Shown here one piece after another: positions 40,979-50,288 of a stretch of DNA of 64,000 nt; the first letter of the stretch is position 1; each line of letters starts with the position of its first letter. A model generated the notes under the pieces. It was not told the origin of the DNA, searched no databases, and saw only the letters and a list, made by a program, of their open reading frames with translations. The translations under genes and the position numbers were made by a program. Source of the DNA: Antedon mediterranea (lineage: Eukaryota > Animalia > Echinodermata); contig NC_092671.1 of NCBI RefSeq assembly GCF_964355755.1, forward strand, positions 1,426,001 to 1,490,000, in the 5' to 3' direction.

Positions 40979-41819
40979 AGCCTCTTTCTCACAGATGTGT
41001 CTGCAATATACCGGTACAGTGCTGGCGTCGTGCCGGTATCGTGACCGGCATATACCCATTCTCATCGGACTATCGTGCCGGAAATATAACCGGTATATAC
41101 CGGCTTTCTGTGAGAAAGGAGTCGGGCATATTCGGCCAATAAAAAGTCTCTGACAAAATAATTATTGAGGGCGTCCTTTATTGTTATTATTTTTGTCTAG
41201 GGATATATGGCGGCGAATGTTAGGTTACAGATTATTATCTTCCTTTATAGCATATTTATGCAATATATGCTATGTACAGTATATTCTGCATATATTATAC
41301 AGGTACAGCAATTAATTAGCCGTCATCGGCAATCTGTAAAACACCTTAGAAGGCTGTACAATTTACAAGGCGACGAAGGGTCAGGCTAGTTAGGCACCAA
41401 CAAAGAGCTAGAGCCTAGGCCTATATGGCCTAGGCCCCTAGGCCTGCTATAGATTATGCTACAAATTTCTTCTTGTCCCCTTATTTTAAGCAGCTCTCTT
41501 ATCTCATTATCCCTCCAGTTCGACATTATTATTGTTAATTGAATTGAATCGGCGCCAAAGTGATACACTTGACCGCGCAAGGTGTCTGAAGCCTCGACAG
41601 GGAACCCCGGAATATAACGGCGTTACGTTCTCACAGAATGCCCGTCTGGCATTGCGGGGAATATCCCTAGAATATTACTAGGTCTAAAGCAGGTCATGTC
41701 AATGCCGGCATGGTGCCGGCATGATGCCAAGACGACCCGTTCTCACAGAAAACCATACCGGCATGGTAATGGTATATTCCCGCAATATTCCTGGCACTCA
41801 GCTCTGTGAGAAAGGGGCT
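40979..41819. mobile_element. Non-autonomous PIF/Harbinger element with Myb/SANT-like ORF remnant
   Basis: TIR AGCC(T/C)CTTTCTCACAGA, TAA TSD (40976-40978, 41820-41822), and internal TTCTCACAGA repeats. A minus-strand peptide MSNWRDNEIRELLKIRGQEEI starts at 41526. Confidence 0.85.
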
Positions 41820-42232
41820 TAATTGATATAGCTGCCAATTGCTATTGTGTAATGTATTTAATATCTAGGCCTAGCCTGCCATATCTACTGTTATCTTATG
41901 ATATCTTCTTACACTATTTTAATACCAGTTGGAGCCAATTAATTCTGGTGAATCTTGCTGGTAAAAAACTGGCTTTGTGAGAAAACTATTGCAATAATAC
42001 TAGGAATAATACTAATATTAGTTATCATAAAGAATCCTAATGGTAGCTATTTCCCTGAATATGTTTGCGGCTATCTGTATAGAAATACATTTGCCAAGTC
42101 ATGCGTGATAGCCGCTTTTTTTTAGTGATAGTACTGTACATACATTACATTATTACAAATTATACTATACATTATTTTGCCCATTTTAAAGAAAACAATA
42201 ATAATCCGTTCTACATGTTAATAATTAATTTG

Positions 42233-42482
42233 AGCACAAGTTAGCCTAGGCCTATGTATTTTTTAGCACAAGTTAGCCTATGTATTTTTTAGCACAAATT
42301 AGCCTAGGCCTCTGTATTTTTGAGCACAAGTTAGCCTAGGCCTATGTATTTTTTTAGCACAAGTTAGCCTAGGCCTATGTATTTTTTAGCACAAGTTAGC
42401 CTAGGCCTATGTATTTTTTAGCACAAGTTAGCCTAGGCCTATGTATTTTTGAGCACAAGTTAGCCTAGGCCTATGTATTTTT
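42233..42482. repeat. ~32-bp minisatellite x8
   Basis: AGCACAAGTTAGCCTAGGCCTATGTATTTTT(T/G) iterated. Confidence 0.95.
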
Positions 42483-42746
42483 GTGTTCAATCGAGTAGCA
42501 CTGCAATGCCTATCTATTCGGTAGACAACTAAACATAGGGTGATTTATTTCATGATAAGGCATACATACATTTCTCATTCATTGGCCATTTAAAAAAGTT
42601 GGGAGATCTATAGAAATGAGGAAAACTAAACATAGAGTGTACTTTATTTCGTGATTATTACATAGAGGACACTGTATATTTTCAATTTATTTTTTTCCCT
42701 CATGGGCCACTGAATAAGTTGGGAGGTATATAAATGATGAACTTAC

Positions 42747-42974
42747 CTGATCCTGAACCAGGTAGAGTTGGATCAATGATATCAATAAGGCTAGGGCCTC
42801 CATCCAAGAACTGAGTAGTATCTGGGTCAGTGATCAACATGTTAGGCATATTCTGTTGACAATGCCGAGCTATCAAGATAATCATTATGAGGATACAGAT
42901 AAAACATATAGGCACAGCAATGAGAGCAGCAAGTTCCAGTGTATCAAACTTGTTCTTGTTACTGTCCTTTAGAT
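42747..42974 (-). CDS. TGFBR1: Type I receptor exon 4 (transmembrane helix, juxtamembrane region, GS box)
   Basis: ELAALIAVPICFICILIMIILIA TM segment, ending DPTLPGSGSG. CTAACAG acceptor, GTAAGT donor, phase 1-1. Confidence 0.95.
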
Positions 42975-43413
42975 CTGTTAGGAAAAGAATGAGTATTAGA
43001 ATAATCAAAAGATGCTGTTGGCTGTTAAGTTGTGAGATTAATAAACAACTTAGGTAAGTAACTAGAAAGAGCTCAAACCACCACCAATGCTACTGTACAT
43101 ATCAATAAAACCGTATAATAAGGCTTTACAATGAAAATCTCTATGGTGAAACTGTCCATTGCTGTGGCAAACTTGATATTTGACCAAGGCATATGGAAAT
43201 TAAATTACATGTTCCCATTCAGCTATGAATCCATCCTTTAAAATCTTATGAAAATTGGGAAATAACTTTTGAGTAATCCTGCTAACAAAATGGCAGAGGA
43301 AAATATGCAATTATTATTGCTTCCCAGATTCCATTTTTAAAAAATAAATAAAATTAATCTGAAAATCTTTGCCACACATAACATTGTAAATTACTAAATG
43401 TTTGATTCAATAC

Positions 43414-43578
43414 CTTTACAGGTCTCTTCACATAACTCTAATGTTGTAAAGCTATTCTCATTCCCTCCACATCCAGAGTACTCAAACTGTACACAACGGT
43501 TAGCTTGTGCCATGTAAGCATACCTCACGAATTCTAATCCTTCGCAAGTACCAGTGTGTAGTGGCTGGTTACATATTA
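43414..43578 (-). CDS. Kunitz/BPTI domain exon inside the receptor gene (exon 3)
   Basis: VICNQPLHTGTCEGLEFVRYAYMAQANRCVQFEYSGCGGNENSFTTLELCEETCK has six Cys spaced 8-16-7-12-3 and the FxYxGCxGNxNxF signature. 165 nt, TTTTTCTTGTAG acceptor, AAG|GTATTG donor, phase 1-1, in frame with both neighbours. Confidence 0.88.
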
Positions 43579-44001
43579 CTACAAGAAAAACAAATACATT
43601 CCTCCATACAAAAGATACAATCCACATTTTTATGTATTAGGGCTAGAGATTTTGTTTACAACTAACAAACCATTAGGGACCATGCCAAAATTATTCTACT
43701 GCAGTTTACTGATACTATTTGGTTTACAGTACAATATTTAACCTGTTTATGGAATTATTTACAAAACTTTGTCAGAGTTTCCTTAAATCTAACTAGCGAC
43801 CAAACCATGTTTATTTATATATATATATATCACCGGTATATTTTATTCAATTATACACATAAAAATCAGCAGGGAAAAAAGTAACATTTTTCAGCTGAAT
43901 TGCACTTTATGATAACAGAAAAGGAATACAATTAAAAAAAAAACACATTTTATATTAGATGCACAAATGTCAAATGTGGCAATAGACAACAATAATTGCT
44001 G

Positions 44002-44083
44002 GTAGACCATGCCGATAGTAAGTAGACCATGCCGATAGTAAGTAGACCATGCCGATAGTAAGTAGACCATGCCGATAGTAAGT
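44002..44083. repeat. 20-bp perfect minisatellite x4
   Basis: GTAGACCATGCCGATAGTAA x4, about 18 bp into the intron after receptor exon 2. Confidence 0.95.
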
Positions 44084-44101
44084 CCCATTATTGATACTAA
44101 C

Positions 44102-44401
44102 CACTTGGTATAGGTGTGTATGGCAACATTATAATGTCCAAGTTGTCATTACAGTAGTCAGCATCGTTACAACACTTCTTCCCATAAAAGTTTGATGGAG
44201 CAGACTCCATACAACTGATATGCTTTGCAGAATCGTTTTTCCCTATTGTCATGAGATCTTCTTCAAGAATACAACCTAATGAGGTTTTCAATATTCTGCC
44301 TATTCTCTGTATAGCCTTTGCACATTGTCCATTCTTTCCAGCATCGCAATAATTGGATTTACATACTCTCATATTTGGATCATCACAAGAACACAAAATA
44401 C
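44102..44401 (-). CDS. TGFBR1: Type I receptor exon 2 (activin-receptor three-finger ectodomain)
   Basis: Ten Cys including CxC at the start and the CCNDADYCN Cys-box. 300 nt, phase 1-1, TTTTCAG acceptor and GTTAGT donor. Confidence 0.93.
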
Positions 44402-44931
44402 CTGAAAAATGGTGATTAAAAACAAAAAACATTTTTAAAACCAGCAGGTCAAATGAATCATTATTTAACTTTGTATATACAAATAATTATAGGCCTACGT
44501 AATTGTGTGTAAAAGCAATAATCAGAAATCAGTGGGTAGGCTAGTAGGTCTAGGCCTAGACGTCTTAAATTCCAACGCTTGTTCTTTAGTCTAGTAGGCC
44601 TAGTTAGGCCTACTTCCATTAAATTAAAAATATCATTATTATATTATTTATTAATATTATTAGGGCCTCTCTAGGCTAGGCCTAGCCTAGTCTAAATAAA
44701 GGATAGGGCTAGACTCTACCAAGTTATAGAATAGGCCTTAGTCTACCTTATTATTATGTCCACTATACTAGGAATGTAGCCTAGGCCTCTATGTAGAGCA
44801 AAGCTAGGCTAAAGACTTTATAATAGGCAAGGCTAGATCCATCCAACAGGCTAGGTCGGCTGGCGATATTTAATACGTTGTACGAAATCCTTTTCCACTT
44901 TCCTAACCACTTTCTTTTTGTTGAAACTTAC

Positions 44932-45004
44932 CAGTGACACAATGTGGAACAAAACACACTACAAAAACAGTAAAAGCTAAATATCTACAACTTATTAGTT
45001 CCAT
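44932..45004 (-). CDS. TGFBR1: Type I receptor exon 1 (signal peptide)
   Basis: MELISCRYLAFTVFVVCFVPHCVT hydrophobic leader, AACATGG Kozak, GTAAGT donor, phase 1. Full model is 1704 nt, 567 aa (512 aa without the Kunitz exon). Confidence 0.88.
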
Positions 45005-45380
45005 GTTTAATCAATTGTTAACATTATAAAAACATCCACACTTCACGAAAAACATTTCAAGCATGAAACAACAATCATTCAACAACGAGAGCAGTCACCA
45101 TTTTTTCCCGATTTATTCGTCAACTTTATTTGTAACCTTTCACCTCAGTTTGACCTCTTCTTCCTTTTTGTAATTTGAAATTAATCCGCTACATGTATTT
45201 TTCCAATGTTTTTATACTATTTTGCAAGGTAATTTAATTGTGTTTGATATTTATTGATATATATTTTATTATCGTTATTTAAGAACACTTTTATATTACT
45301 CATATTATTAATTGATGTTATATTTGTAAGATATAAGAGCATAATTATAACATTGCCTAAAAAAGAGTACGAATGTTTTT

Positions 45381-45831
45381 ACGCCGTTGCTAAAGATACG
45401 GTACCGTATCCATGCTTTTAAAAACTAAAGATACGGTAATTATAGAGGGCGCTTCCGTTTGCTAAAAGTACGGTAAAATTGCATTCCTAAAACTCGTACC
45501 TAAATATAAAAATCGTTCCTAAATATAAAACTCCTTCCTAAATATTAAACTCCTTCCTAAATATTAAAAACCTAACCCTCTAAATAATCTCTCTTAAATT
45601 AAAAACTAAAAAAAAAAAAATAAAAAAAAGACGTCAAGAAGAGTATCGAACCTACAACCCCTTAAGCCAAAGCCTCACCACATGCCCACTAGGCTACACA
45701 GCTAGCTTGCAGAAAACCAATGCAATAACCTATTTGATTAACATCCACATTACATAGCGCCCTCTATAATTACCGTACCTTTAGTTTTTAAAAGTATGGA
45801 TACGGTACCGTATCTTTAGACATAACGATGT
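45381..45831. mobile_element. MITE with ~70-bp TIRs between the two divergent genes
   Basis: CTAAAGATACGGTACCGTATCCAT...TATAGAGGGCGCT is mirrored at 45756-45819. Internal CCTAAATAT(A/T)AAA repeats and a B-box-like stretch. Confidence 0.8.
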
Positions 45832-45869
45832 TCGCCTAACGATGTTTTTAATTATTCATATGATCATGT

Positions 45870-46006
45870 CAGCAGAGAGGTCATCGACCGCGTCGACGAC
45901 GACGATATCGATGATATCCGGCAGCTCAATTTACAAACAAACAATACAAGTTCTTTTTTTGGTCCCCAGTCTTCTCTGTCATCAAGAGGCTTCCTTTTTG
46001 CGCTTG
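45870..46006 (+). other. Candidate ASB8 non-coding exon 1
   Basis: CpG-rich stretch ending at donor TTG|GTTAGT, followed by a CTAGG-rich tract. The start is approximate. Confidence 0.45.
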
Positions 46007-46035
46007 GTTAGTATATTAATTATTATTCATCCCTA

Positions 46036-46360
46036 ACTAGGCCTAGCTATAAATAAGGTCTAGCTAGGCATAACTAGCTAAGCTAGTACTAGGCCTAGGC
46101 CTAGCCTAGGCTAGGCCTAGGCCTAGCCCTAGTAGAGGCCCTACTACTAGGCCTAGGCCTAGATAGTAGGCTACAGTATCTTCTATTCTAATTCTAGCTA
46201 AAAATAAAGCTACTGCAATGAATGCAAGCACCTACTAGCTAGCTAGCTAGGCCTAGGCCTACAGTAAACTTTTATTAAAAAGAGGCATATAGGCCTAGGC
46301 TACTAGGCCTAGGCCTATTAAAATAGACTACTATTATTAGTAGGCCTAGAACTAGATAGA
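46036..46360. repeat. CTAGGC/TAGGCCTA low-complexity palindromic tract
   Basis: Dense CTAGGCCTAG iterations, with a similar tract at 44530-44860. Confidence 0.8.
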
Positions 46361-46757
46361 GGGCGACTCCCTTCTTTGTAGCTAGCTGAGAGGCCTACAA
46401 GTTAAGGAGTTGTACCCCACAACAAGCTGAGAATATCTTGTTTGGAATTCCTCATCCATCTAAAAAAAATTAAATTAATTAAAGCACACGCCCCCTTTCG
46501 GCTTCGCCCCCCCTCTACAAAATATACTGGATTCGCCACACAAAGCCATCAGTATTACTTGCTTGATACTTGCTTGATGTTATGGGTCGGTTAGAAAGCT
46601 AAATATGGCTTATATGACCCTTCCTGTCTTCTTATGACCAAAATATAGGTGCTTAGGGCTCCGGGTGTATACATAATGTTCCAAAGTGTTTATAAATGTG
46701 AAAAAGGAGTTGCGCAAAAAGATATAACAAATGTTGCCACCTGCACAGGTTGATATG

Positions 46758-47141
46758 TATAGAGTATCACGGTGTGACGTCACAACGATAGAGGGCGCTG
46801 CATGGTTGCTAGACAACCAAAAAATGCGTTCAGCGCTACTATGTTGATAACAGTAAAGATCTGTATTTCTATCAAATTATGTATCTTAGCTTGATTTTTT
46901 TTAACTTAAACTGTAGTTGAAGAATTAAATAAATTATTAAAAACAAATATTTAGTGATCTTTTAAAATTTTAGTTTGTTTTTATTGAAAATTATTAAGTT
47001 TTAAAATGACTACTTCAATAAGCCTATTCCAAACCATTGGTGATCTTGAAGTCACTCAGGCAGGCTGAACGCATTTTTGGTTGCGCTAGCAACCACGCAG
47101 CGCGACCTACCGTTGTGACGTCAGCACCGTGAAACTCTATA
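46758..47141. mobile_element. MITE with ~77-bp TIRs
   Basis: TATAGAGT(A/T)TCACGGTG..TGACGTCACAACG...ATGCGTTCAGC is mirrored at 47064-47141, around an AT-rich centre. Confidence 0.85.
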
Positions 47142-47173
47142 ATAATTTTTTTTTTTTTCATTTCTATTTTTAG

Positions 47174-47227
47174 GTTCAATGGAATTATAATTGATGAAAA
47201 AGTATCAAGGAATTTAATTAGAAATTG
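47174..47227 (+). other. Candidate ASB8 5' UTR exon 2
   Basis: Long polypyrimidine tract plus TTTTAG acceptor at 47173 and donor TTG|GTAAAT at 47228. Contains only short ATG-initiated ORFs. Confidence 0.5.
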
Positions 47228-47718
47228 GTAAATGTCTTATACTCTATAGGCCTACTGTAGTAGAAATATGAAAACAAATAGCAATTATTCTTTCATAGAT
47301 GCCCCTGAAAAAATAATTTAAACATTATTTTGTTACATAGGCAATTTATGTCACATTCATTTAATTGACCAAAAACATTTACATAAAACTGTAACTTAAA
47401 TAGTTAAATTAATATATAAATTCATTATTTTTGTATCAATCTATGTAAAAGTGAATAACTATTAAAACTACAAAATGGCCTATTCAAAAGTTTTTGTATT
47501 AATCGTCTACACCTGCTACTGCATACGAATAATAGTAATAATGTTATATTATAATATTGCCTTAGGCCCTAGTATATTTCATTGTGTAAATTGTGTAAAA
47601 AAATATATATACCACCATGTCTTTAACATGCTACAAATGGGAGAACAATAAGCCCCTCCATCCTCGCATAATAAGTAATAATGTACGCACATATATTACA
47701 CATACACATATATTTCAG

Positions 47719-48540
47719 GTGTGAATGTATGCTTCAGTAGTGTAATGGCGACTGCATGGTACATACTGTACACATAATCACATATATTTTCATATTTCTG
47801 CAGAGTGTGAATGTACGCTTCAGTAGTGTAATGGCGACTGCATGGTACAGTACTGTACACATAATCACATATATTTTCATATTTCTGCAGAGTGAGAATG
47901 TACGCTTCAGTAGTGTAATGGCGACTGCATGGTACAGTACTGTACACATAATCACATATATGTTCATATTTCTGCAGAGTGTGAATGTACGCTTCAGTAG
48001 TATAATGGCGACTGCATGGTACATACTGTACACATAATCACATATATTTTCATATTTCTGCAGAGTGAGAATGTACGCTTCAGTAGTGTAATGGCGACTG
48101 CATGGTACATACTTTACACATAATCACATATATTTTCATATTTCTGCAGAGTGTGAATGTACGCTTCAGTAGTGTAATGGCGACTGCATGGTACATACTG
48201 TACACATAATCACATATATTTTTATATTTCTGCAGAGTGTGAATGTACGCTTCAGTAGTGTAATGGCGACTGCATGGTACATACTGTACACATAATCACA
48301 TATATTTTCATATTTCTGCAGAGTGTGAATGTACGCTTCAGTAGTGTAATGGCGACTGCATGGTACATACTGTACACATAATCACATATATTTTCATATT
48401 TCTGCAGAGTGTGAATGTATGCTTCAGTAGTATAATGGCAACTGCATGGTACATACTGTACACATAATCACATATATGTTCATATTTCTGCAGAGTGTGA
48501 ATGTACGCTTCAGTAGTATAATGGCAACTGCATGGTACAT
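47719..48540 (+). repeat. 86/87-bp minisatellite x10 overlapping the ASB8 acceptor and start codon
   Basis: Units start at 47719, 47805, 47892, 47979, 48065, 48151, 48237, 48323, 48409 and 48495. Each carries ATGGC(G/A)ACTGCATGGTAC and is preceded by an acceptor-like YAG. Confidence 0.97.
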
Positions 48541-48751
48541 CATGGAGACAGCACAGCAACATTATCAGTTGTCTGAACGTTTGATACGAGCTGTAAGTGA
48601 CTGTCGTCTGAATGCACATGACACAGTTCTAGAACTCATCAACAAAGGAGCTGATGTAAACCAAGCCCATGGAACCCTGTTACCTCTTCATTGTGCATGC
48701 ATGGTCAGTGATAATGAGATGGTCCAACTGCTGCTACGTAAAGGGGCCAAG
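48521..48751 (+). CDS. ASB8: Ankyrin repeat and SOCS box protein 8, coding exon 1
   Basis: MATAWYIMETAQQHYQLSERLIRAVS...GADVNQAHGTLLPLHCACMVSD matches the vertebrate ASB8 N-terminus as recalled (MSSSMWYIMQSIQSKYSLSERLIR...HGTLKPLHCACMVSD). AAG|GTAAGT donor, phase 0. Confidence 0.93.
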
Positions 48752-48816
48752 GTAAGTACATGCTTAGTGTAAGGCTCGTTCAAATATGAATCCCCAAACC
48801 TTGTCTCTTGAAAATT

Positions 48817-48920
48817 GGGCGTGTGGCGCAGGGTGGACTACTGATTGTGAGACCGAGGTTCGAATCCAACTCTCGCCGCATTGCTTGTATCTTTAGGAAA
48901 GATACTTTACTTACGTTTGC
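48817..48920 (+). mobile_element. tRNA-derived SINE, 5' half (interrupted)
   Basis: A-box TGGCGCAGGGTGG and B-box GGTTCGAATCC. Same head as the copy at 53492. The 3' half resumes at 50902. Confidence 0.8.
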
Positions 48921-48995
48921 CAGTGTCGATTTTTGGTAATTTACACCCTAGATGGCTGGAAATGGTACTCTTGCACATAACATTTATGTTGAATG

Positions 48996-50250
48996 ACACC
49001 TCTAGTTTGGCCAGAAATAACACTTTTTATAGCGCGCTAGCAAACAGCAAAACGATCATAGCCTACTTTTCCGCCGCGCCGGTAAACATACGCGAAGAAA
49101 CATTTTTTTGCGTTCATTACGAACGTCAGGGGGAAGTCCTCAATGAAAAAAAATAGGCCTAAGCCTACTCATCAGTAGGACTAACTCTAGTTGGCCGGAA
49201 ACGAAACTTTATAGCGCACTAGCAAACAGTCAAACCATCGTAGCATACTTTTTCCGCCAGTAAACATACACGATAAAAAATGTTTTTGCGTTCAATACGA
49301 ACGTCAAGGGGAATTCCCCGATGAAATAAAACTAGGCCTACTCATCAGTAGGACTAACTCTAGTTGGCCGGAAACGAAACTTTATAGCGCACTAGCAAAC
49401 AGTAAAACCATCGTAGCATATTTTTTCCGCCAGTAAACATACGCGATAAAAAAATGTTTTCGCGTTCAATACGAACGTCAAGGGGAATTCCCCGATGAAA
49501 TAAAACTAGGCCTACTCATCAGTAGGACTAACTCTAGTTGGCCGGAAACGAAACTTTATAGCGCACTAGCAAACAGTAAAACCATCGTAGCATACTTTTT
49601 CCGTCAGTAAACATACGCGATAAAAAAATGTTTTTGCGTTCAATACGAACGTCAAGGGGAATTCCCCAATGAAATAAAACTAGGCCTACTCATCAGTAGG
49701 ACAACTCTGTAGTTGGCCGGAAAGGACACTTCATAGTGTGCTAGCAAACATCACGATCGTAGCCTACTTTTTCCGCCGGTAAACATACGCGATAAGAAAA
49801 ATTTTCTGCATTCATTACAAACGTCAAGGGGAATTCCCCGATGATATAAAAAATGCCTACTCATCAGTAGGACAACTCTGTAGTTGGCCGGAAAGGACAC
49901 TTCATAGCGCGCTAGCAAACAACCCGATCAGAGCCTACTTTTCCGCATGTAAACATACGCGATAAATGAAAAAATATGCCTACCGTACTCATCAGTAGGC
50001 AACTATAGTTGGCCGGAAACGACACTTCATAGCGCGTCAGCAAACATTAAAACGATCGTAGCCTACTTTTTTTTTCCGCCGGCGGGTAAACATATGCGAT
50101 AAAAAACATTTTTTTTGCGTTCAATTACAAACATTGGGGGCAAGAAGTCCCGATAAAATATAACTAGGCCTACTCATTAGTAAGACACCTCTAGTTGCCC
50201 GGAAATAAGACTTCATAGCGCACTATCATATAGGAAAACGATCGTAGCCT
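48996..50250. repeat. ~173-bp tandem repeat, about 8 copies
   Basis: Units CTCTAGTTGGCCGGAAAC...CCTACTCATCAGTAGG start near 49000, 49185, 49358, 49532, 49705, 49876, 50003 and 50189. Confidence 0.93.
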
Positions 50251-50267
50251 TCTTGAATGTATTATAC

Positions 50268-50288
50268 CAGGGAGTTGTAAACTCCCTG
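50268..50288. mobile_element. 21-bp hairpin micro-element with 7-bp TSD
   Basis: ATTATAC-CAGGGAGTT gta AACTCCCTG-ATTATAC. Confidence 0.8.

Noticed and set aside
43394-43627. Independent small secreted Kunitz gene nested in the receptor intron
   Set aside because: The apparent hydrophobic leader (VFVFLVV) coincides with the polypyrimidine tract and acceptor, and both splice sites are in phase with the receptor exons. A cassette exon is the simpler reading, though not proven without transcripts.
47696-48619. Several overlapping 83-99 aa ORFs on both strands, and a possible CRISPR-like array
   Set aside because: These are products of the 86-bp minisatellite. Units are contiguous with no unique spacers, the context is eukaryotic, and there are no cas genes.
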